Source of the DNA: an uncultured Thermoplasmata archaeon
GTDB taxonomy: Archaea; Thermoplasmatota; Thermoplasmata; Lutacidiplasmatales; UBA184
Reading direction: 5' to 3'
Assembly: GCA_963749235.1 (NCBI GenBank)
Contig: CAVVLV010000001.1
Span: 1,147,039 to 1,211,038, forward strand
DNA: 64,000 bases
Position numbers and translations under genes: made by a program. The notes beneath the pieces are model-generated. The model saw only the letters and a program-made list of their open reading frames with translations, was not told the origin of the DNA and made no database searches. Numbering within the stretch: position 1 is the stretch's first letter; each line of letters opens with the position of its first letter. Below are positions 8,947 through 17,410 of the stretch, one piece after another.

Positions 8947-10797
8947 ATGGTCCTGGGGGTCCTGATCGCGGTCGGGGAGATGCTTCACCCCGGAGTCTAC
9001 GTCAACGCCCAGTACACCTGGCTGCATTTGGCCGGCGCCCCCGGACCGTTCCCGAACGGCGTCTCGCTGGTCGCGGGTACGCTCGTCGACCCGCTCTCGG
9101 CCCTGATGCTCCTCGTGGTCACGGTCGTCGGGTTCCTGGTGATGCTGTACTCGATCGGGTACATGCACCACGACCACGGGCTCCCTCGGTACTACGCCGA
9201 GCTCTCGCTCTTCCTCGCTGCCATGACCGGCCTCGTCCTCTCGAACAACCTGCTCGAGTTCTTCCTCTTCTGGGAACTGGTCGGCGTCTGCTCCTACTTC
9301 CTGATCGGGTTCTACTACGAGAAACCGAGCGCCGCCAGCGCCGCGAAGGAGGCGTTCCTCGTCACCCGCGTCGGGGACGTGCTCTTCCTCCTCGGGATCT
9401 TCATCTACTTCAACCTCTACGCAACGACCGGCCCGGCCGGCGGGTGGGCCGCGAACGGGTTCATCTTCGTGAACGGGACCTCGCCGTTCCTCCCGGTCGC
9501 CTCCGCCGGCAGCTCGACCCTCCTGACGGTCGCCGGCCTGATGATCCTGGGCGGTGCCGCCGGGAAGAGCGCGCAGTTCCCGCTCCACGTCTGGCTCCCC
9601 GACGCGATGGAGGGTCCGACGACCGTCTCGGCCCTCATCCACGCCGCGACGATGGTCGCGGCCGGGGTCTACCTGCTCGCGATCACGAGCGTCTTCATCG
9701 GGTTCACCGGCACCGACCAATTGGCGATCGTGGCGATCGGCGGGTTCACGACGTTCTTCGCCGCGACCATGGCGGTCGTCCACCCCGACATCAAACGGGT
9801 GATCGCCTACTCGACCATCAGCCAGCTCGGGTACATGGTCCTCGCCATCGGAGCCGGGTTCGCGATGGTCGGGCTCTTCCACCTCTTCACGCACGCGTTC
9901 TTCAAGGCGCTCCTCTTCCTCGCCGCCGGCTCGGTCATCCACGCCATCGGCACGCAGGACCTGTTCAAGATGGGCGGGCTCCGCAAGCCGATGCGGGTCA
10001 CCTCTCTCGCGTTCGCCATCGGCGCGCTGGCCCTCGCCGGGATCCCGCCGTTCGCGGGGTTCTGGAGCAAGGATGACGTGCTCGGTTCGGTCTACTCGCA
10101 ACTGGGCAGCCACCCGCTCTACTGGCCGTTCTTCCTCCTCGCGTTCGCTGCGGTGTTCCTGACGGCCTACTACATCTTCCGCGCCTGGTTCTTGGCGTTC
10201 TCCGGGGACCATCCCCGCGACCCGACCCTCCCCCACGCCCACGAGGGACCCTGGGTCATGCAGGTCCCGCTCGTCGTGCTTTCCGGGCTCGCGCTCGTCG
10301 CGGGTCTGTTCGTCTTCCTCCCCAACTTCCAGGGACTCCTCTTGAGCGGTGACGGGGTCGCCGGGATCCCTCCCGTATTCGGGGCGACCGACCTGATCCT
10401 CTCCTCCATCAGCGTCGGGCTCGGCGTGGCGGGCATCGGCCTCGCGTACGTTCTCTGGGGGAACGGCCGCGTCTTCGTCCTACCCGAAAACAGCGCGGTC
10501 CAGCCGGTCCGTCGGCTGCTCCTCAAGCGGTACTACTTCAAGATCGGGTACGATTGGATCGGACAGCGCGCGGTCTACGGGATCGCCCGGGGCGCGGACT
10601 TCGTCGACCGCTACGTCATCGACGGGACCGTTCACGGTTTCGAACGGGCCTTCGCGTCCGCCTCGAACCGGCTCCGGAAGGTTCAATCCGGGGTCGTCTC
10701 CGACTACGCCGCGCTCGTGATCGCCGGCCTCATCGGCGTCTTCCTCCTTCTGCTCGTCGTTGCGCCGCTCCTGATCGCCCGACTCGGAGGCGGATAG
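8947..10797 (+). CDS. nuoL: NADH-quinone oxidoreductase subunit L (first ATG; true N-terminus probably ~8800)
   Basis: 616-aa antiporter-like subunit (WELVGVCSYFLIGFYY, SAQFPLHVWLPDAMEGPT). The 53 in-frame codons upstream (8788-8946) encode a typical NuoL first helix but contain no ATG, GTG or TTG. Confidence 0.9.
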   Translation: MVLGVLIAVGEMLHPGVYVNAQYTWLHLAGAPGPFPNGVSLVAGTLVDPLSALMLLVVTVVGFLVMLYSIGYMHHDHGLPRYYAELSLFLAAMTGLVLSNNLLEFFLFWELVGVCSYFLIGFYYEKPSAASAAKEAFLVTRVGDVLFLLGIFIYFNLYATTGPAGGWAANGFIFVNGTSPFLPVASAGSSTLLTVAGLMILGGAAGKSAQFPLHVWLPDAMEGPTTVSALIHAATMVAAGVYLLAITSVFIGFTGTDQLAIVAIGGFTTFFAATMAVVHPDIKRVIAYSTISQLGYMVLAIGAGFAMVGLFHLFTHAFFKALLFLAAGSVIHAIGTQDLFKMGGLRKPMRVTSLAFAIGALALAGIPPFAGFWSKDDVLGSVYSQLGSHPLYWPFFLLAFAAVFLTAYYIFRAWFLAFSGDHPRDPTLPHAHEGPWVMQVPLVVLSGLALVAGLFVFLPNFQGLLLSGDGVAGIPPVFGATDLILSSISVGLGVAGIGLAYVLWGNGRVFVLPENSAVQPVRRLLLKRYYFKIGYDWIGQRAVYGIARGADFVDRYVIDGTVHGFERAFASASNRLRKVQSGVVSDYAALVIAGLIGVFLLLLVVAPLLIARLGGG

Positions 10798-12270
10798 ATG
10801 TTCCCGATCCTCTCCGCGCTCCTGCTGACCCTCCTCGCGGGGACCGTCCTCACCTTCCTATCGGGAACGTGGGCCCGGTGGACCGCGCTCGCGACCTCCG
10901 CGGCCTTCCTCGCCGAGGTCGGCTACCTCTTCCTCAACTTCCCGGGCTGGCCGGGATACAGCGGGATCGTCCCCCAGTTCGCCGACCAGGAGTCGTACGT
11001 CTGGATCCACTTGGGCTGGTTGAACGTCAACTACACGATCGGCGTGGACGGGATCTCCCTCGTCCTGATCCTCCTTACCGCGATCCTCCAGATCGCGACG
11101 GTCCTCTACTCGTGGAACGAGACGAAGCGCCCGGCGGCGTGGTTCGGGCTCCTCCTGCTGACCTGCCTGGGTTGCCTCGGTGTGTTCCTCGCCCTCGACA
11201 TCCTCCTGTTCTTCCTCTTCTGGGAGGCCGTTCTCGTCCCGATGTTCTTCATCATCGGCTACTGGGGCGGACCGCGCCGCCGGTACGCCGCGCTGAAGTT
11301 CTTCGTCTACACCCACGTCGCATCGGTCGTCATGCTGGTGAGCCTCCTGGCCCTCGTCTTCTACTCGGGGGCCACGAGCTTCGATTACTCCGCGGTGTAC
11401 GGGTCGGCGCGGACCCTGGTGACCGCGACGCAGGCAGTCCTGTTCCTCGCCCTCTTCTTCGGCTTCGGGGTGAAGTTCCCGATCGTCCCATTCCACACCT
11501 GGCTCCCCGACGCCCACGTGGAGGCTCCGACCGGTGGCTCGGTCCTCCTCGCCGGGCTGCTGCTGAAGCTCGGTGGCTACGGTCTCATCCGGTGGGCGGT
11601 CTTCGTCCTGCCGGCGGGATTCCACGAGGTCCAGCCGATCTTGTTCGTGGTGGCGTTCGCCTCCATCGCCTGGGGTTCGATCGTCTCGCTCGCACAACGG
11701 GACTTGAAGCGGCTGGTCGCCTTCTCCTCGATCAATCACATGGGCATCGTACTCCTCGCGATCGCCCTCGGCTCCTCGCTCGGACTGCTCGCCGCCGTGC
11801 TGCTCATGTTCGCCCACGGGATCGTGAGCGCGCTCCTGTTCATGGTCTCGGGGAGCGTCCACCACACCTACGGGACCCGGGACATCGCCGGGATCGGGGG
11901 GATCACGCCGAGCTCCCCGACGCTCTCGACCATGGTGATGGTGGGATCGCTCGCTTCGCTCGGGCTCCCCTGGCTGATCAGCTTCCCCGCGGAGTTCACG
12001 GCGTTGCTCGCGACCTGGGACGGCCTCTCGTACTGGGTGCTCATCCCGCTCGGGATCCTGGTCGTGACGGCGGCGTTCTACATCTGGATGATGCAGCGCA
12101 TGCTCTTCGGCCCGCCCCGGAACATCCCGGTCGGGGTCCACGACCTTCCGTGGCACGAGACCGCCGGGATGGCCATCCTGGTCGCGATGACCATCCTGTT
12201 CGGAGTGCTCCCTTTCCTGCTCGTGAATGTGATCACGAACTCGCCGATCGGCGGGTTCCCGGGGCTGTGA
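10798..12270 (+). CDS. nuoM: NADH-quinone oxidoreductase subunit M
   Basis: 490-aa antiporter-like subunit (FFLFWEAVLVPMFFIIGYWGG, FPIVPFHTWLPDAHVEAPT). Starts directly after the nuoL stop. Confidence 0.92.
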   Translation: MFPILSALLLTLLAGTVLTFLSGTWARWTALATSAAFLAEVGYLFLNFPGWPGYSGIVPQFADQESYVWIHLGWLNVNYTIGVDGISLVLILLTAILQIATVLYSWNETKRPAAWFGLLLLTCLGCLGVFLALDILLFFLFWEAVLVPMFFIIGYWGGPRRRYAALKFFVYTHVASVVMLVSLLALVFYSGATSFDYSAVYGSARTLVTATQAVLFLALFFGFGVKFPIVPFHTWLPDAHVEAPTGGSVLLAGLLLKLGGYGLIRWAVFVLPAGFHEVQPILFVVAFASIAWGSIVSLAQRDLKRLVAFSSINHMGIVLLAIALGSSLGLLAAVLLMFAHGIVSALLFMVSGSVHHTYGTRDIAGIGGITPSSPTLSTMVMVGSLASLGLPWLISFPAEFTALLATWDGLSYWVLIPLGILVVTAAFYIWMMQRMLFGPPRNIPVGVHDLPWHETAGMAILVAMTILFGVLPFLLVNVITNSPIGGFPGL

Positions 12271-12274
12271 GACG

Positions 12275-13861
12275 ATGGATCTCGTCTCGTTCGCGGCGCC
12301 GTTCGTGCCCGAGCTCATCCTGCTCGGCGCGGCGCTGCTGATCTTCCTCCTGGACGTCCTCCACCTCCGCCGGAACGAGTGGCTGAGCACGATCGCGGTC
12401 ACCGCCACGGTCCTCGGTCTCCTCTCGGTCGTGGGCGACCTGGGGTTCGCCCCGTTGAGCGTGCTCGCGACCGTCCCCTCTTCCCAGATCGATGCGATCC
12501 CCGCCCTCGGGGCCGCGCCGCTTTACCACTTCACGTCGCTGGGCCTCATCTTCCAGGGGATCTTCCTCCTCTCTGCCTTCCTGGTCGTCCTCGCGTCGGC
12601 GAGCCGCCCGTCCGACGAGCCGGGCGCCCCGATCTTCTACGGCCTGCTTCTGCTCGCGACCCTCGGCATGCTCCTGGTCGCGATCGCCTCGGACCTGATC
12701 TTCCTGCTGCTGGCGATCGAGGTGACCAGCATCGCGACGTACCTCCTCGTCGGGTACCATCGGCGGGAGCCCCGATCGATGGAGGCGGCGATGAAGTTCT
12801 TCATCATCGGAGCCCTCTCCACCGTCCTCTCGTTCTACGGTGCCTCCCTCCTCTTCGGGGCGTACGGCACCACCAACCTGTACCTGCTCCACACCGCCGG
12901 CGGCAACGTCGGGTACCCGGTGCTCGTCCTCTTGGGCTACGGGTTCCTGATCGCCGGTCTCGCGTTCAAGGTCACCCTGGTGCCGTTCCACGCCTGGGCG
13001 GTCGACGTGTACGACGGCGCCCCGAGTGACGTCAGCGCCTTCCTCGCCGGCGGGACCAAGAAGATCGGGCTCTTCGCGTTCTTCCTGGTCTTCTTGGGGC
13101 CGGTCCTGTTGATCGCGCCGGGCGCGGGTGGGAACTCCCCGTTCTCGGGGGGGCCCCTCGACCTCGGGCCGACCCTCTCCATCACGCTCGGGGTGCTCGC
13201 GGTCCTGACGATGACCGTGGGCAACGTGCTCGCGCTTCTCCAGAAGGAGATGAAGCGCATGCTCGCGTACTCGTCCATCAGCCAGGCCGGCTACATGCTC
13301 ATCGGGGTCGCGATCGGGTCCGCCCCGGCCCTTACGGGAGCGACGTTCCAGATCCTGGCCCATGTGCTGATGAAGGGCGGCGCCTTCCTCGTGGTCGCAG
13401 GGGTCGCCGGCCTCGGGGTCGGCCCGCTCATCGACGACTGGAAGGGGCTCGGCGTACGCCGCCCGCTCCTGGGCTCGGCGTTCGCCCTGATGCTCCTCTC
13501 GCTCGCCGGCGTTCCGCTGACCATCGGCTTCCTGTCGAAATTCGTCCTCTTCTCGTCGGCCGTCCAGGCGCAGGGCTTCTTCGTCTGGCTCGCGGTCGCG
13601 GGGGTCCTCAACAGCGCGCTCTCGCTGTTCTACTATGGACGGGTCCTGAAGGTCCTGTTCTTCGACCGGGGCGCAGAGGGCGGCTCGACGGGATCCGCCA
13701 CCCCGGGGGCTTCCGCCCTCCCGGCGGGAGGACTGGGCTACGGTCGGGCGGTCGCGATCGGGCTGGCCGCCGTCCTGATCGTGGGGTTGGGCCTCTATCC
13801 GCAGCCCGTGCTCGGGGCGATCCAGTCGGCCGCCCAGCACTTCGTGGCCCTCGGAGTGTAG
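12275..13861 (+). CDS. nuoN: NADH-quinone oxidoreductase subunit N
   Basis: 528-aa antiporter-like subunit (VPFHAWAVDVYDGAPSDVSAF). Last nuo gene. Confidence 0.9.
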   Translation: MDLVSFAAPFVPELILLGAALLIFLLDVLHLRRNEWLSTIAVTATVLGLLSVVGDLGFAPLSVLATVPSSQIDAIPALGAAPLYHFTSLGLIFQGIFLLSAFLVVLASASRPSDEPGAPIFYGLLLLATLGMLLVAIASDLIFLLLAIEVTSIATYLLVGYHRREPRSMEAAMKFFIIGALSTVLSFYGASLLFGAYGTTNLYLLHTAGGNVGYPVLVLLGYGFLIAGLAFKVTLVPFHAWAVDVYDGAPSDVSAFLAGGTKKIGLFAFFLVFLGPVLLIAPGAGGNSPFSGGPLDLGPTLSITLGVLAVLTMTVGNVLALLQKEMKRMLAYSSISQAGYMLIGVAIGSAPALTGATFQILAHVLMKGGAFLVVAGVAGLGVGPLIDDWKGLGVRRPLLGSAFALMLLSLAGVPLTIGFLSKFVLFSSAVQAQGFFVWLAVAGVLNSALSLFYYGRVLKVLFFDRGAEGGSTGSATPGASALPAGGLGYGRAVAIGLAAVLIVGLGLYPQPVLGAIQSAAQHFVALGV

Positions 13862-13862
13862 C

Positions 13863-14963
13863 GTGGAGCAGTTCGACGTCGTCGTCGTCGGGGCCGGCCC
13901 GGCGGGCTCGCTCGCCGCCCGCGCCGCCGCGGAAGGGGGCGCCCGAACCCTTCTGGTCGATCACCGACCCGAGCTGGGCCACCCGGTCCAGTGCGGCGAG
14001 TTCGTCCCGGCCCGAGAGGAGCTCGCGGACCTCTTCGAGTGCTCGGAGCTGATCTCGGCGGCGTTCGAGATCCCGCCCTCCACCGTCCTTCGCGAAACGC
14101 ACTGGATGACCTGCGTCTCGCCCTACGGCCATCGATTCCGCTTCCCACTCGCCGGGGCGACCGTCTCCCGTCGAGCGTTCGACAAGGCGCTCGCCTACCG
14201 GGCCGAGGGGGCCGGCGCGGAGCTTCGGTTCCCGCTCGGAGTGACCGGCGTGGACGGGACCACGGTGCACACCGTAGGGGGGGGCACCCTTGGCGCGCGA
14301 GTGATCATCGGCGCCGATGGGCCGCTCTCCACCGTGGGGCGATCGGTCGGCCTCGTTCCCGAGCGGACGCTCTTCCGCATGATCACGGCCACGGTCGACA
14401 CCCCGATGGAAGACGAGATCGACCTGTTCTTCGGCCGGGACGCCCCCGGCGGATACGCCTGGGCGTTCCCCCGGGCCCATGACGTGAACGTCGGCCTTGG
14501 GGTGGCGCGCGTTCCCCGCGGAGCCACGCTGGCGACGCTGCTCAGCCGATTCCTGGACCGACAGGGGTTTGGCCGGGCGCGCGACCCGACCCGATGGTGG
14601 GTCCCAGTGGGGGCTCCCCCCTCGACCCTCGTCCGCGGCTCCGCGCTCCTCTGCGGCGATGCCGCGAACCTGGTCATGGCCACCAACGGGGGCGGGATCC
14701 CCACGGCCATGCTGAGCGGCTGGTTGGCGGGCCGGTCGGCCGCGCGGCACGTCCGCGAGGGCGCTCCCCTATGCGACTACGACACCGCCTGGAAGGCGGC
14801 CCTCTTCGCCCCGCTCGAGCGGGCGGCCCGGATCCAACATTGGGGAGACCACTTCGCGTCGTACGACCCGATCCTGGCGCTCGGAATGCGCTATATTGGG
14901 GCCCAGGGTCTCGACTCGATGATGCGGTTGCGTTGGCCCCCCCGACTCGGAGGCGGATCGTGA
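13863..14963 (+). CDS. geranylgeranyl reductase family FAD-dependent oxidoreductase
   Basis: 366-aa, GTG start one nt after the nuoN stop. FDVVVVGAGPAGSLAA dinucleotide fold, then the QCGEFVP motif typical of GGR-family enzymes. Confidence 0.85.
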   Translation: MEQFDVVVVGAGPAGSLAARAAAEGGARTLLVDHRPELGHPVQCGEFVPAREELADLFECSELISAAFEIPPSTVLRETHWMTCVSPYGHRFRFPLAGATVSRRAFDKALAYRAEGAGAELRFPLGVTGVDGTTVHTVGGGTLGARVIIGADGPLSTVGRSVGLVPERTLFRMITATVDTPMEDEIDLFFGRDAPGGYAWAFPRAHDVNVGLGVARVPRGATLATLLSRFLDRQGFGRARDPTRWWVPVGAPPSTLVRGSALLCGDAANLVMATNGGGIPTAMLSGWLAGRSAARHVREGAPLCDYDTAWKAALFAPLERAARIQHWGDHFASYDPILALGMRYIGAQGLDSMMRLRWPPRLGGGS

Positions 14964-16018
14964 GCGAACCGGCCCGGTCCCCGGACAGCGTGGACCCTTC
15001 GCTCGAGGCGCTCGTCACCCAGACGCTCGGAGAGGTGGCGGCCGGACGCTTGGCGGAACTCGCCCCGGTCCTGGTACGCGACCTGGCCGACATCGATTGG
15101 CGGGTCGCAGAGGTGCTCGGGTCGACCTACGCGCAGCTGACGGAGGCGGCCCGGTATGCCTGTTCCACCGGCGGCAAGCGGGTGCGGCCGCTCCTGATGG
15201 CGTCCGCGTACCGGGCGCTCGGCGCGACCTCGACCCAACCCATTCATTCGCTCGCGGCGGCCTTCCAGCTCATCCACACGGCCACGCTTGTCCACGATGA
15301 CGTCATCGACCACGCCGAGACCCGCCGGGGGCGGCCGTCGATGCCCCGGGCCTTCGGGGTGCCGCTCGCGATCGTCGCGGGGGATTACCTGTTCGTTCGG
15401 GCCTTCGAGCTCGCGGCCGAATATCCCCGGTCGATCATCATGCGCTGTGGCGAGTCGTGCGCGGACCTGGTCGAGGGAGAGGTCCTGCAGGAGGCGTCCC
15501 GGTACGACCTGTCGACCGGTCGTTCTCACTACTTCCGCATCATCGAGCGAAAGACCGCGGCGATCATCGCGGCGGCCCTCGCGTCCGTCGCGGAGATCGG
15601 GGGAGCGGACCCGCATAGGGTCGATGCCCTGCAGGGGTACGGCCGGGCGCTCGGGATGGCGTTCCAGATCCGGGACGACCTGCTCGACGTCTACGGGGAC
15701 CCGGATCTGCTCGGAAAGCCGCTCTACGGCGACCTGCGGGAGGGCAACCCGACCCTGCTCTCGCTCGAAGCATACGCGCGGCTCGACCCTCGCCACCAGG
15801 CCGAGTTCGAGCACCTGTTCCAGCTCCATCACAAGAAGGCCAAGCACCTCCTCCGGTTGCGGGAGTTGACCCAGCTCACCGAGGCGCCCCAGGTGGTCGC
15901 CCGCGAGGCCTCGGAATGGGCCGAGCGGGGCATGCGGTGCTTGGAACCGCTCCCTTTGAGCCCGTACCGCACCCTCCTCGAGCAACTCGCCCGTGGGGCG
16001 GCCGAGCGGCGGTTCTGA
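14960..16018 (+). CDS. trans-polyprenyl diphosphate synthase, IspB-like (long-chain type)
   Basis: GTGA overlap with the upstream stop. FARM LIHTATLVHDDVIDHAETRRGRP with small residues (Ala/Thr) at -5/-4. SARM FQIRDDLLD. Confidence 0.88.
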   Translation: MSEPARSPDSVDPSLEALVTQTLGEVAAGRLAELAPVLVRDLADIDWRVAEVLGSTYAQLTEAARYACSTGGKRVRPLLMASAYRALGATSTQPIHSLAAAFQLIHTATLVHDDVIDHAETRRGRPSMPRAFGVPLAIVAGDYLFVRAFELAAEYPRSIIMRCGESCADLVEGEVLQEASRYDLSTGRSHYFRIIERKTAAIIAAALASVAEIGGADPHRVDALQGYGRALGMAFQIRDDLLDVYGDPDLLGKPLYGDLREGNPTLLSLEAYARLDPRHQAEFEHLFQLHHKKAKHLLRLRELTQLTEAPQVVAREASEWAERGMRCLEPLPLSPYRTLLEQLARGAAERRF

Positions 16019-16079
16019 GCCCGCCTATCCATCGAAAGCTACATCTTCCTTGCCCGGGCTCCTTCGCCCGCGGGAGCCG

Positions 16080-16529
16080 ATGGGAGGGTCTGCCACTGCC
16101 TCGGCCGGGGACGGCCCGGTCACATTCGATCGCCTGCCTCCCGCCTGGGAGCCCACGCCGGTACGCCCGCACCTTCCGATCGGGGTGGCGGTCGTCTCCA
16201 TCCTCATCGCCGTCGCCGCAGTCGTCCTCGTGCTCGGAGGGGCCCTCTACCTCCTGAACGAGGTCGGCACGACCTACGTCCCGCCCGCCTTCGACCTGTT
16301 CCCGTCGGTGAGCTTCCTCGGGGCGGTCATTCTCATGGTCCTGGGCGTCGCCCTTCTCGCCCTCGCGACGTCCCTCTGGAGGCAGGAGACCTGGGCCCTC
16401 TGGTCGACCCTGGTCCTCGTCTTCGGCACGACGCTCTACCTGTTCTTCACCGAGTCGATCACGGTGCTGTTCGTCCTCCTCGTCATCCTGTTCGTCTACC
16501 TCCTCGCGGTACGCCGGTACTTCTATTGA
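16080..16529 (+). CDS. hypothetical integral membrane protein (4 predicted TM helices)
   Basis: ORF 15993-16529. ATG at 16080 is preceded by GGGAG. Hydrophobic segments IGVAVVSILIAVAAVVLVLGG, FLGAVILMVLGVALLALA, etc. No recognisable family. Confidence 0.55.
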   Translation: MGGSATASAGDGPVTFDRLPPAWEPTPVRPHLPIGVAVVSILIAVAAVVLVLGGALYLLNEVGTTYVPPAFDLFPSVSFLGAVILMVLGVALLALATSLWRQETWALWSTLVLVFGTTLYLFFTESITVLFVLLVILFVYLLAVRRYFY

Positions 16530-17354
16530 CGCGCCTCCTCCTCGGCCAACTCGCCCCCGTCCCCGGGGACACGACCCGGAATCTGGAGCGGATCGCGCGG
16601 GTCGTGCGTAGCTCTCCGAGCGATCTCGCCATCTTCCCCGAGCTGTTCCTCTCCGGGCTACCGGGTCGGCGACGCTTCCACCGGCTCGCGCTCCGCCCCG
16701 GCGACCTGCACTGGAAGGAAGCCCTCCGGATTGCCCATGAGACGGGAACGACCCTCGTCCTCGGCACGCCCGCTCGCCTCCCCCGAGCGGAAGGGAGAGC
16801 TCGAGAACGCGGTCCTCGCGTTCTCCCCCTCCGGGCAGCGTGGGGATCCAGGTGAAGCGGTACCTCCCCAATTTCGGCCCCTTCGAGGAGGGCGTCCCGT
16901 TCACTCCCACCGACGTGAGCCGCCCCGTCCCGTTCGGCGAGTCATCAACTCGGACTCTCGATCTGTTACGACACGTTCTTCCCCGAGGTCGCGCGGAGCG
17001 CTCGCGCTCGGCGGGCGCGGACCTCCTCATCGTCGTCTCGGCCTCGCCCGTGACGAGCGGCCCGCTCTTCGAAAAACTGCTGCCCGCGCGAGCCATCGAG
17101 AACGGACTCCCGGTCGTCTACGTGAACCGGGTCGGGGTCGAGGACGGGATCGTCTTCGGCGGCGGGTCCGGGGTCTGGGACCCCCGGGGAGAGCCGATCG
17201 CCCCCTTGGATCCGGTCCCCGACCGCACTCTCGCCCCCGAGGAGCGGGTGCTGCGGGCCGAGATCGATCTCACGGAGAGCGCCCGCTGGCGTCCGTTCCG
17301 ACCCGTGCTGCGCGACGTCGACGACCCGGCCCGGGGAACCTCCCCGCGAACTGA
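16526..17354 (+). pseudogene. carbon-nitrogen hydrolase (nitrilase superfamily) gene broken by at least 5 single-base insertions
   Basis: CN-hydrolase motifs are scattered over all three frames: AIFPELFLSG (frame 2), ELENAVLAFSPSG (frame 0), VKRYLPNFGPFEE (frame 1), SICYDTFFPEVARS (frame 2), LALGG (frame 0), ADLLIVVSASP...ARAIENGLPVVYVNRVG (frame 1). Shifts at ~16784, 16836, 16942, 17000 and 17016. Confidence 0.75.
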
Positions 17355-17379
17355 CGCATCGTTCTATTCGAACACGCCA

Positions 17380-17387
17380 CTTATAGA
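17380..17387 (+). promoter_or_regulatory. TATA-box-like element (CTTATAGA) for top6B
   Basis: Centred ~27 nt upstream of the GTG at 17411, a spacing that implies a leaderless transcript. Confidence 0.45.
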
Positions 17388-17410
17388 GGGACACCGACCC
17401 TCCGAGCGCG

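Noticed and set aside
8776-13840. Very long antisense ORFs opposite nuoL/M/N (8776-10242, 10858-12408, 12233-13840). Similar shadow ORFs occur elsewhere, e.g. 283-1383, 23557-25209, 27816-30068 and 58027-59820.
   Set aside because: Their translations are Arg/Gly/Pro/Asp-rich low-complexity strings with no motifs. The opposite strand encodes clearly conserved proteins. These are typical stop-codon-poor shadow frames of high-GC DNA.
16668-16686. A possible compensating frameshift pair in the CN-hydrolase gene: LSG-LPGRRR-FHRL could be read as LSG-YRVGDA-FHRL.
   Set aside because: It is attractive because ELFLSGY is the family consensus. However, it requires two additional indels 17 nt apart that I cannot verify from the sequence alone, so it is not counted among the firm breaks.
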